The notes beneath the pieces were generated by a model. The model ran no database searches, was not told where the DNA came from, and saw only the letters and a list, made by a program, of their open reading frames with translations. A stretch of 55,604 nucleotides of DNA from Acinetobacter phage vB_AbaM_3098: the sequence record PV081573.1. The stretch is one strand, 5' to 3'. Both the position numbers and the translations under genes were made by a program. Of this stretch, positions 18,960 through 26,854 are shown one piece after another. Every line of letters starts with the position of its first letter. The stretch's first letter is position 1.

Positions 18960-19382
18960 AAGAGTGAATAATATGAAATTTATTTGCGTTAAATGCTCAC
19001 GTTCAATCTGGTTTGTTGATGAACTAGGTTGCTGTGGAAGATGTTCTGAAGATAAAACAGGATTCCCTACTGTATTTAAGTAGGGGCGTTTGCGACTGAG
19101 AGGAATTGGGTATTCTGCACTCTCTTTAATAAAAGTAATACCAGCAGTTTCAAGTCTGCTTTTAATATAGTCACTTCTTAGAGTGATCACGAATGAACTA
19201 GCGAATGTATTAGTCTTGCATGCCTTGTGTTGTACATTTGAATAGCTTTCAAGAGCCGATATTAATAATCAAAACTTGACCCAATTTCATATTGAAATAA
19301 TTTGTTAAACAATTAACAAGGATCGCAACCTTGATTGGGTGTACTGAAAGCACTATCAGATTATTTCAATATGAGATTAGTT

Positions 19383-19691
19383 ATGAAAAGTTCTGAAATT
19401 ATAAAGATCATTTCTGCAATACGAAATTCACATCCAGACTTAACTATAGTTTACACTGAAGGTCATTGTTTTGACTTTCATGTAATCCTTCGGACGATTC
19501 TGGGTAATGATAAAGTAGAGCTCTGGCATGATCATATTGAAGGGCATTTCTACACTAAAGTAGGAAATTACTGGTATGACATCAGGGGAATTCATTATAA
19601 AGTTTCCCAGAGTTGTGTAAAGTGTTCTTACTCTGAGTTCGCTCATAAGCCACATCGCTGGTCTAGGAACTCAGGAATAAAGATTAGGTAA
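19383..19691 (+). CDS. hypothetical protein (102 aa)
   Basis: ORF in the RNA-rich region; start uncertain (ATG 19335/19371/19383). Confidence 0.35.
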   Translation: MKSSEIIKIISAIRNSHPDLTIVYTEGHCFDFHVILRTILGNDKVELWHDHIEGHFYTKVGNYWYDIRGIHYKVSQSCVKCSYSEFAHKPHRWSRNSGIKIR

Positions 19692-19787
19692 CTTGGTAGA
19701 GTTGGTTGATTACACTGCTGAGTAAGCGAAAGCTGAAACGTGGCCATGTGAAGGCATGCAACGCAGGTTCGAACCCTGCAGTTATCT
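19687..19787 (+). ncRNA. tRNA-like element (possible degenerate or unusual tRNA)
   Basis: Perfect T-arm gcagg-ttcgaac-cctgc. A 7-bp acceptor-like pairing ggtaact/agttatc spans 101 nt. A D-arm-like gtag...ttac is present. No canonical anticodon arm could be folded. Confidence 0.25.
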
Positions 19788-20100
19788 AGTATTCACCTCA
19801 GCCTGAATCACACAGGTTCTGTTAGATCAGAGAATTAGAGGTCATGGAGATATTATGATTGCGCACTTGCTCTTGACTCCTTAGCAATTAAACAAGACAG
19901 TAAGAGACCAACGTCCTGTAAGTCTCAAAGTAGGATCGTACCTACAAGCGGTTAGCATTATTATGCTGTCTTATATAGGATTACTGCTGAAAACTCTGGA
20001 AGATTTTCTGTTCCCTTAGCTTAGAAGTAAAAGCACCCTGCTCATAACAGGAAGATCGAGATTGCAAAATTCTCAGGGGACACCACTTGTACCATCTCAA

Positions 20101-20141
20101 CCCAGCTAGGAATTCCCCTATTCACCTAGCTGGGTCTTTTT
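20101..20141 (+). terminator. strong rho-independent terminator in the RNA region
   Basis: 10-bp stem cccagctagg / cctagctggg followed by tcttttt. Confidence 0.7.
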
Positions 20142-20146
20142 ACTCT

Positions 20147-20321
20147 AGTTATTTAATAAGAGTATACTGTCGCTACACTGTCTGGTATTGGAAACTTATC
20201 GCGGAAGACAGTACGACTACCTCTAGGATTGAGTTTACTCTCCACCTTGCAAGACAAGTTAATGCGCTGTTTAACTTGAAGGTAAAATAGAGCAGTGGCA
20301 GTATACTCTTATTAAATAACT
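20147..20321 (+). repeat. 23-bp perfect inverted repeat flanking a 129-bp segment
   Basis: agttatttaataagagtatactg (20147-20169) vs cagtatactcttattaaataact (20299-20321); starts 6 nt after terminator 20101-20141. Confidence 0.65.
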
Positions 20322-20417
20322 ATTTTTATTGTCCTTTTTGGCTTTTTAATCGTCTCTGTAATGGCTCCAAAAGCTGTTTAAAGCGTTCAAGATAAGCCAC
20401 AATTAGTGAGTTTATTT

Positions 20418-20633
20418 ATGGGTTTTGGACTTGTATGTTTTACATTGACGGTTTGCTTAATAATTTATTTAGGCAAGATGATCGATTTTGAACCTGACAA
20501 TTTAATCTGGCTTAAGCTGGATGAAATTAGATATGTACAATATCTCTGTAGAATCTTGACAGTATTAATAATCCTGGATTTGTATTTCTTCATGTCTTGG
20601 ATTATAAAATTACTACTTAACTTATCTTCTTGA
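20418..20633 (+). CDS. small membrane protein (71 aa)
   Basis: Two hydrophobic segments; downstream of the third copy of the CTCTGTAATGGCTCCAAAAGCTGTTTAAAGCGTTCA element. Confidence 0.4.
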   Translation: MGFGLVCFTLTVCLIIYLGKMIDFEPDNLIWLKLDEIRYVQYLCRILTVLIILDLYFFMSWIIKLLLNLSS

Positions 20634-21019
20634 GTTAAGTCAGTATAGACAACTTAAGATGGCAGTAAACTGCTGAGCTTGCTTGCACATTAGCTCCCTC
20701 CGACTGTAAGAGAAGTGTCGGACACTCTCCATGAGTGAAACTGAAGCCCAATAGATGGCTGGATACGTTGACCACTTGCGTATTTCAGATGGGTAATTCA
20801 GGATGCGAGGTTACTTTAAGTGGGAAATAAGCCAATGGCGTGAAATGTGGCTGTAATAGCGACATGAGGGTAGGCTCGGGATTGGCGCAACCAATCCACC
20901 TAGCCAGTCAAGGGGGAAGAGTAATCTCACCTTTATCTATCTTTAGATAATAAACTAATCTTAGTTAATTAAGTGAAATTAACTAAGTGCAATTATCTTA
21001 ACTCAACTAAGTGAAGTTT

Positions 21020-21409
21020 ATGTACATTATAATCAATTACTTAAATAAAATAAAATGCAGTAACTTAAAACTAGAATCACATAAAGATGAGCTAATTTTA
21101 GTTAGACGTACTGGGCTTCAAAGCCCAGACTGTATTGTAGCTGTTATTGCACCCTTAAACAAGAAGGTCTTCAACATCTATTATGACTTCCAGAAACTAC
21201 CAACTGAGATAGACTGTAAGTTTGTATCTAATGTTAAATATGAACGTGTAAACGAATTCATTGAAGCTCTCTTCGGACATCTGGCGCATTCAGAGAAAGC
21301 TGTCTCATTAGAGTCGTGGCTTAAATGTGAGCGATTAAAGATTAAATCTATTCCAAGTCAACTTACAGAGTTGTATACTTCAGCTCTACATGAGGAAATG
21401 TTCCAGTAA
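21020..21409 (+). CDS. hypothetical protein (129 aa)
   Basis: ATG at 21020; upstream direct repeats AAGTGnAnTT x3. Confidence 0.5.
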   Translation: MYIIINYLNKIKCSNLKLESHKDELILVRRTGLQSPDCIVAVIAPLNKKVFNIYYDFQKLPTEIDCKFVSNVKYERVNEFIEALFGHLAHSEKAVSLESWLKCERLKIKSIPSQLTELYTSALHEEMFQ

Positions 21410-21672
21410 TGAGTACAAATAAGTTAGTCTTCTCTGGCTTAAATAGAGATCAAACAACAAGAGTTGAAATCTATATTAAAGTAATTAACGGAAGTCCTAT
21501 TAGCTATCTTGGAGTAGGAATTAATAATCAAACCCAGAATCAAGTAGCGAGTAAGGAAGAAATTATTCTAGAGGACTTACTTAAATGGGCAACTCGTTCT
21601 GGTATTAGATTTACATTTGATCAGGTAAATTCTATTAAATTAGAATATAACAAATTATTAGCTGTTTCTTAA
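21409..21672 (+). CDS. hypothetical protein (87 aa)
   Basis: ORF; the C-terminal ..LAVS* is encoded by the AGCTGTTTCTTAA motif. Confidence 0.5.
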   Translation: MSTNKLVFSGLNRDQTTRVEIYIKVINGSPISYLGVGINNQTQNQVASKEEIILEDLLKWATRSGIRFTFDQVNSIKLEYNKLLAVS

Positions 21673-21682
21673 ACACTCTCAG

Positions 21683-21703
21683 AACCTGTTAAGGTATGAG
21701 ACG
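21683..21703 (+). promoter_or_regulatory. conserved motif GAACCTGTTAAGGTATGAGACG; putative promoter of the leader-family array
   Basis: Exact AACCTGTTAAGGTATGAG core; 23 nt upstream of ATG 21726. Confidence 0.5.
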
Positions 21704-21725
21704 AAGACACAGTTGGAGATTTAAA

Positions 21726-22010
21726 ATGACTACACGTATAGAACAAATTCTAATCAAGCAACAAGGCTTAAAGTCTGTAAATGAATCAGCATTCAAAGAG
21801 CCTGATGAAAAAGAAGTTAAGGCTCACTATCTAAAATTATCCAGTATATCTGCAGATAATTACAAGGATAAACGAATTAACTTAGGTCCAGAACCAGACA
21901 CAATTTCTAAGTTTTCTAGAAATGGTTCTCACACTACTAAAATCAAGAACTGGATTAAAGAAGTTCATCAAACTCCAGAATACAAGAAAATTTTAGATAG
22001 AGCCAAATAA
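21726..22010 (+). CDS. leader-family protein 1 (N-terminal MTTRIEQILIKQQGLKSVNE|S)
   Basis: ATG at 21726 after promoter-like motif 21683-21703. Shares the conserved N-terminal leader with 9 downstream paralogs. The track start at 21696 is the ATG inside the GGTATGAG motif. Confidence 0.6.
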   Translation: MTTRIEQILIKQQGLKSVNESAFKEPDEKEVKAHYLKLSSISADNYKDKRINLGPEPDTISKFSRNGSHTTKIKNWIKEVHQTPEYKKILDRAK

Positions 22011-22059
22011 AGCTGCTCCTTCAACAATTAACAAATTTCAACGGAAATGTACATATAAA

Positions 22060-22521
22060 ATGACTACACGTATTGGTAAAATTTTAGAGATAAATGAATC
22101 TTTGTCAGAAGTTAATGAATCTGATTCCAGTTTAACAATAAACGGTAAGAATTATGCCGTTTCATTTATAAAAGGTGGAGATAGATATGAAGGTGTTAAC
22201 TATAGCTTAGTCCTTAAATCTAAGGAAGATATTTTAGTTTACCCTAGAATCTTCACTTACTCTGGCGGACAAAGTCAAGGTAGCTCTCGTAGTGAATCAG
22301 AGAACTTTTTAGAAGTTCTAGGTTATGGAGATACTGGCAATGGCTCTGGAGTAAAAGGTACTCCTAAGCCTTACTTAAGTAGATATATTGTTGATTTCCT
22401 AGAATCAGTTATCTCAGGTAAATCATATAATAAGGAAGCAGTAGCTAAATATGAAAGAATTAAGCACACTTTTTCACCTAAAGCAAAAGCTTCTGAAATT
22501 AAATCTGCAATCAGTTATTAA
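22060..22521 (+). CDS. leader-family protein 2 (MTTRIGKILEINESLSEVNE|S)
   Basis: Conserved N-terminal leader; conserved 5' UTR ttcaacgg..ataaaATG. Confidence 0.6.
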   Translation: MTTRIGKILEINESLSEVNESDSSLTINGKNYAVSFIKGGDRYEGVNYSLVLKSKEDILVYPRIFTYSGGQSQGSSRSESENFLEVLGYGDTGNGSGVKGTPKPYLSRYIVDFLESVISGKSYNKEAVAKYERIKHTFSPKAKASEIKSAISY

Positions 22522-22559
22522 CTGTTCTTTTTGAACAGTTTTCAACGGAGAAACATAAA

Positions 22560-22907
22560 ATGAGTACACGTGCAACAAATATTCTTTCAAAAATAACTGG
22601 TTCAGTTAACGAAAGCTCTCAGAAAGGGAAATCAATTAAGAGTGAACTAGAATTAGCAGAGTACGCTAGTGAGTTTATTAAGAAAAACAATATTAAAAGA
22701 GTTCCTGATCCTTTGTCTAACTACAAAGATAACTTTTTAACTCCACAGTGGAAGCGATCTGGTGCTGTATTAGGTTATAAATTACCAAAATCAGCAGGTG
22801 GTTTATTCTTAGGTTATTTCAACAGTGGTACTAAATCTGGAGTTGTGTTTGATACTCCTATTAGTGAGACTGAATTTCTTGCTCTAACAAGAAAACTTAA
22901 CGGATAG
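22560..22907 (+). CDS. leader-family protein 3 (MSTRATNILSKITGSVNE|S)
   Basis: Conserved N-terminal leader; conserved 5' UTR. Confidence 0.6.
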   Translation: MSTRATNILSKITGSVNESSQKGKSIKSELELAEYASEFIKKNNIKRVPDPLSNYKDNFLTPQWKRSGAVLGYKLPKSAGGLFLGYFNSGTKSGVVFDTPISETEFLALTRKLNG

Positions 22908-22956
22908 AGCTGTTCCTTCAACGATTTCAAAACAAATTTCAGTAGAGAAATATAAA

Positions 22957-23244
22957 ATGACTACACGTATTGGAAATATCTTAGAGAAGCGTGCTGGTTC
23001 AGTAAATGAATCAAAGATTGACCACCAGAAACTGGCTAATGATGCAGATTCAAACTATAAGCATTACGCTAATAAAGGTGATGAAAAGCATAGATTAATG
23101 GAAAGATTCAGATACCATTATCATTCTTCAAAAATAGAAGGAAAATCTGATTCAGATAAGGCTAACCACATTAAGAAAGCTAAAGCGGTTTACATTGATC
23201 TAGGAAAACCAGCATCTTTATCTAAAATGCACAATGATCTTTAA
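22957..23244 (+). CDS. leader-family protein 4 (MTTRIGNILEKRAGSVNE|S)
   Basis: Conserved N-terminal leader; conserved 5' UTR. Confidence 0.6.
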   Translation: MTTRIGNILEKRAGSVNESKIDHQKLANDADSNYKHYANKGDEKHRLMERFRYHYHSSKIEGKSDSDKANHIKKAKAVYIDLGKPASLSKMHNDL

Positions 23245-23270
23245 AGCTAGCTGTTCCTTCAGCGATTTCA

Positions 23271-23292
23271 AAGCCTGTTAATTTGTGGCGGT
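23271..23292 (+). promoter_or_regulatory. conserved motif AAGCCTGTTAATTTGTGGCGG; putative promoter of the RNAP fragment gene
   Basis: TTTGTGG variant; upstream of ATG 23335. Confidence 0.4.
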
Positions 23293-23334
23293 GGCTTGTC
23301 ACATTATAATATTATTTGTAATAGGGATTACATT

Positions 23335-24858
23335 ATGTCAAAAGTTCACGTTTCTAAAGATATGAGCGAAATCTATCGTCTTAAAGAAATGAAGATTCTT
23401 AAGATCACTTCTCCAGTTCGATTCAAAATGGAAAGTGGCTGGGTAGATACAACTGTTGGTCGTTTAATTATCTGGGATATTTCTGGTTATCTTCCAGACG
23501 ATTTCTTAAATAAGAAAACTATCAAGCATTTGATCACTCATATAAATCGTAACTTTGAACCTAAGGAAGCTGTACTTCGTTTAAAACGAATACAGCAAAT
23601 CGGCTTTGAAACTTCAACCCAGACTGGATTATCATTATGTTATGATGACTTCAAGTTTGATTTTGGTATTGATTTCAAGGCTGTAGAAGGTGAACTTTCT
23701 AAGATGTCTGTTGAAGAGCGATTAGAGTACGGCGATAAAATCATCAATGAAGCTACAGCTCGCTGGTGGAATGAAGTCGATAAAGCTAATCCACTTCGTA
23801 AGATGGGTGTATCTGGAGCTCGTGTAACTGATGCTCAGGTTCGTCAGATGATTGTAGCTAAGGGTCTCTTAGGTTCGATGACTGGTGAAATTGCACCTTA
23901 CCCTATTATGGAATCACTCACAACTGGTCTTAGTACATTTAACTACTTCCAGACAGTAGGTCCAGCTCGACGTGGTCTTGCAGATAACTACTTCGTAGTT
24001 CCAGCTTCAGGTTACTTTGCTCGACAGCTTGTAACAGTAGCTCGTGACTTGAAGTGTGTTGAGCATGATTGCGGAACTGTAAATACAATCTACGTTCCAA
24101 TTGAGTTTGGTCGAGGTCGACATGAACTTGGTAATGATGATGTCTTAACTAAGATGGATTTACAAGTTAGATCTGGTGAGATGATTAAAATGCGATCTCC
24201 AATTACTTGTGAATCAAGCAAGGGTGGAGTTTGCCAAGTGTGTGCAGGCTTAGATCCAGCTACTGAAGATTATTGGCGTATTGGAATGGGACTTGGAACT
24301 TGCTCAGCACAGCATATCTCAGAACCAACTACACAGTTAGGTCTTCGAGGTAAGCATACATCTGGATCGGTTACTCTAGCTTCAGCTAAGACTAAGGTAA
24401 GTAACACATTAGCAGATCTATTGAAATTGTTAGGTGGACGTGGTACTCACTTGATTGGACCTCAGTTAAGTGAGATAGATGGCTTTAATGATTATTATTC
24501 AAAAGAGAAAGACTGGTTGAAAGCTACAACTAATCTTCTTCTTAAAATGGAAAGTCTGGTAAGCGGAGCTGGTACGAGTATCGCATCTGTTCACTACGAG
24601 ATGATCTTACGTGGTTGTACTGATATCGTCAAGCAAGGTGACGGGACAATGGGTCTGCGTTCACTAGGAGCTCACGGTAAGGTTCAACCAACAACAGTTC
24701 ATGCATATGGCCGTAAAGTGCCTAGTTGGTTAAAACGATTAGGTTATGGTTATACGAATGAAGTTATCAAGACTGCAGCTACTACTCTGGAACCATCTTT
24801 AGGTGGATATCAAGAGCAGATTATTATGGCTCAGTTTGAACATCTTGAGGAAGCCTAG
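23335..24858 (+). CDS. multisubunit RNA polymerase beta-prime C-terminal fragment-like protein
   Basis: ITCESSKGGVCQVCAGLDP...GMGLGTCSAQHISEPTTQLGLRGKHTSGS matches the beta-prime trigger-loop/bridge region (E. coli ..[44 protein letters not shown]). ATG at 23335 downstream of motif 23271-23292. Confidence 0.55.
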   Translation: MSKVHVSKDMSEIYRLKEMKILKITSPVRFKMESGWVDTTVGRLIIWDISGYLPDDFLNKKTIKHLITHINRNFEPKEAVLRLKRIQQIGFETSTQTGLSLCYDDFKFDFGIDFKAVEGELSKMSVEERLEYGDKIINEATARWWNEVDKANPLRKMGVSGARVTDAQVRQMIVAKGLLGSMTGEIAPYPIMESLTTGLSTFNYFQTVGPARRGLADNYFVVPASGYFARQLVTVARDLKCVEHDCGTVNTIYVPIEFGRGRHELGNDDVLTKMDLQVRSGEMIKMRSPITCESSKGGVCQVCAGLDPATEDYWRIGMGLGTCSAQHISEPTTQLGLRGKHTSGSVTLASAKTKVSNTLADLLKLLGGRGTHLIGPQLSEIDGFNDYYSKEKDWLKATTNLLLKMESLVSGAGTSIASVHYEMILRGCTDIVKQGDGTMGLRSLGAHGKVQPTTVHAYGRKVPSWLKRLGYGYTNEVIKTAATTLEPSLGGYQEQIIMAQFEHLEEA

Positions 24859-24879
24859 TGCTTCCTTCTGGAGAATTAA

Positions 24880-25164
24880 ATGACACGAATTGCAAAGATT
24901 AACGCAATGGCTAAAGGCATTAGTGTTAATGAAGAACAAATTACAAGCCCAGATGATGCTGTAGTGCTTAAGAAATACGGTGCTACAGTTCCTAAAGGTA
25001 AGTTAGTTGGACGTTGCCCTGTAACTGGAATGGCTATTGTTCAACCACAGACACCTTTCCCACCTGATATGGGTAAATACAAATGGGAAGAAGATTCCAA
25101 ACTGTATAGAATCCCAGATGACTTAATTGACTCTATCGGAGGAAAATACAATGACGCAGACTAG
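24880..25164 (+). CDS. leader-family protein 5 (MTRIAKINAMAKGISVNE|E)
   Basis: Conserved N-terminal leader. Confidence 0.55.
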   Translation: MTRIAKINAMAKGISVNEEQITSPDDAVVLKKYGATVPKGKLVGRCPVTGMAIVQPQTPFPPDMGKYKWEEDSKLYRIPDDLIDSIGGKYNDAD

Positions 25165-25435
25165 AATTGGTAAAATCCTTGCATCTAAAGCTTCAACTCA
25201 AAACATTGATGAATCTCTTACTAAAAGTGTAGTAGATGAAGGTCAAGGAATGGGTTGTAAAGTTACTTCAGTTGCAGGTAAGACTGTAGTTAAATTAGAC
25301 GAGAACTGCTCTGATTCACAACGTAAAATGATTTCTGAAAAGTTGTCTAAAGGTGGATTTGTATTCTCTGAAGGTAGAAAGCAGTTTGCAATCGAAGATG
25401 CATCTGAAGCTGAAGTTGCAGAGTGCTTGAAGTAA
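25151..25435 (+). CDS. leader-family protein 6 (MTQTRIGKILASKASTQNIDE|S)
   Basis: ATG at 25151 with RBS ggagg; conserved leader; overlaps the upstream gene by 14 nt. Confidence 0.5.
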   Translation: MTQTRIGKILASKASTQNIDESLTKSVVDEGQGMGCKVTSVAGKTVVKLDENCSDSQRKMISEKLSKGGFVFSEGRKQFAIEDASEAEVAECLK

Positions 25436-25480
25436 AAGCTGTTTCTTAAGCATTGTTAAAACCTGTTAAGGTATGAGACG
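25436..25480 (+). promoter_or_regulatory. bipartite motif AAAAGCTGTTTCTTAAGC...AAAACCTGTTAAGGTATGAGACG; putative promoter
   Basis: Both motif halves present with about 24-bp spacing; palindrome agacgtct follows; 34 nt upstream of ATG 25514. Confidence 0.5.
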
Positions 25481-25513
25481 TCTTTGACGATTTACACCTT
25501 AGAGGATTACAAA

Positions 25514-25972
25514 ATGAACAATGCTTTGACAGTTGCACTTAACAGCCTTCCTAATTTGGCAACAGCATCACCTTGGGATGAGGTTACAATCGAGAAGGCT
25601 AAAAACTTCAAGGATGCTTCTACAATTCTGGATTTAGGTTCTCATCTAGATAACCTCACAGCTACTGGTAAGAATCCCGAAGACAAGATAGCTAAGATGG
25701 TTGATGTAGAATTCAATTGGGTTTCCATCCCGATGTCTTCTTATTACAACGATCTCTGGTTCGATCTTAAGAAATCTGAAATCCCTCCGTTGAAATCGGA
25801 AATTGCATCTGGCTCAAATATGTTAATCACACCAGAAGATTTGGTGAACATCTTGAATGTACAGAAAGATAAGGGATACAAGTTTCTTGTGAATGCCGAA
25901 GCTTCTCCAGTTGTGGTTAAGCATACTAAGACTCTAATTCTACAGGTTCGTAACTATACTGTGAATATGTAA
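25514..25972 (+). CDS. hypothetical protein (152 aa) inside the leader-family array
   Basis: ATG at 25514 with RBS agagga, downstream of promoter-like motif 25457-25480; the track start at 25484 is a TTG inside the motif region. Confidence 0.5.
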   Translation: MNNALTVALNSLPNLATASPWDEVTIEKAKNFKDASTILDLGSHLDNLTATGKNPEDKIAKMVDVEFNWVSIPMSSYYNDLWFDLKKSEIPPLKSEIASGSNMLITPEDLVNILNVQKDKGYKFLVNAEASPVVVKHTKTLILQVRNYTVNM

Positions 25973-25983
25973 GGAAAATAAAA

Positions 25984-26244
25984 ATGTCAAGAATCAAAGA
26001 TATCAAAGAAAAACAATCTGGCTTAGTTTCAGTAGATGAGTCAGCTAAGTCTAAGTGGTGGAAAACAGAAGGGAATTCGGATTCAATCGCTGTTTATAAG
26101 TTTAAGAAAGGTAATCAATACAGATATTTAGTTGGCTGGTTTACTCCCAAATCTGGTGAATCAATGGAAGATTTTCTGAAAAGAATTTCACCAACTAAGT
26201 ATGATTTAAAAGATCTTGAAGTAGACCCAAAATACTTAGCCTGA
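25984..26244 (+). CDS. leader-family protein 7 (MSRIKDIKEKQSGLVSVDE|S)
   Basis: Conserved N-terminal leader; RBS aaggaaaataaaaATG. Confidence 0.55.
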   Translation: MSRIKDIKEKQSGLVSVDESAKSKWWKTEGNSDSIAVYKFKKGNQYRYLVGWFTPKSGESMEDFLKRISPTKYDLKDLEVDPKYLA

Positions 26245-26256
26245 GGAAAAATTAAA

Positions 26257-26502
26257 ATGTCAAGAATTAAAAATTTATCTGAGAAGCAATCTGGCTTATT
26301 CATTGTTAATGAATCTAAGGCTGACAAAGCCGCAGCTAGATTAGAAGATATCTGGGATGCTATTCCTTCTGATAAGTCAAAAGCTAAAGCGTATCTGGAT
26401 AAACACAAGAAAGAAGTTCTTGCTTTAATCAATAGCTTTGAGCCAGATGAGTACAGAGCAGGTAATGCAGAATGGCGTGACGCTGAGAACTGGGGATATT
26501 AA
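26257..26502 (+). CDS. leader-family protein 8 (MSRIKNLSEKQSGLFIVNE|S)
   Basis: Conserved N-terminal leader; RBS gaggaaaaattaaaATG. Confidence 0.55.
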   Translation: MSRIKNLSEKQSGLFIVNESKADKAAARLEDIWDAIPSDKSKAKAYLDKHKKEVLALINSFEPDEYRAGNAEWRDAENWGY

Positions 26503-26798
26503 TGACAAGAATAGCAACACTTCTTGCTAAGACTAAGTCTGTAAATGAAGCTTTCTCACTTAGGAATTTACGTCAAGTTGTTTCTGGGGACACTCATAAT
26601 CTTTGGAAGAATGAATACTGTGATCTTATTGTAAGTGATAAAGATGGAAGTAAGATCGTAGATCAAATGTCAACAGTTGTGTCTGATATGGACTTGGCTA
26701 ATAAGTTTGCTGAGGAAATTGCAAGAGATTATTTCCCAGAGCAGGCTTCTGCAGTTGAGAAAGAAATCAAATCAATGTTAGTCTTGAACGAAGGCTAA
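26502..26798 (+). CDS. leader-family protein 9 (MTRIATLLAKTKSVNE|A)
   Basis: Conserved N-terminal leader. Confidence 0.55.
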   Translation: MTRIATLLAKTKSVNEAFSLRNLRQVVSGDTHNLWKNEYCDLIVSDKDGSKIVDQMSTVVSDMDLANKFAEEIARDYFPEQASAVEKEIKSMLVLNEG

Positions 26799-26854
26799 TT
26801 TTAAATTTAATTAACTGGGATGGATTGTAACGCCCAGCGCTCGAGATAAATAAA

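Noticed and set aside
18440-19000. Interpretation as a conventional one-piece tmRNA
   Set aside because: No T-arm or acceptor 3' strand could be found downstream of the tag reading frame, whereas a matching one, with a G3:U70 pair, lies 30 nt upstream of the GGGG 5' end.
21696-21725. Track-predicted upstream starts at 21696, 25484 and 5937
   Set aside because: The ATG or TTG lies inside the conserved GGTATGAG / TTGTGGGCG regulatory motif with no RBS. A proper RBS plus ATG follows 25-45 nt downstream.
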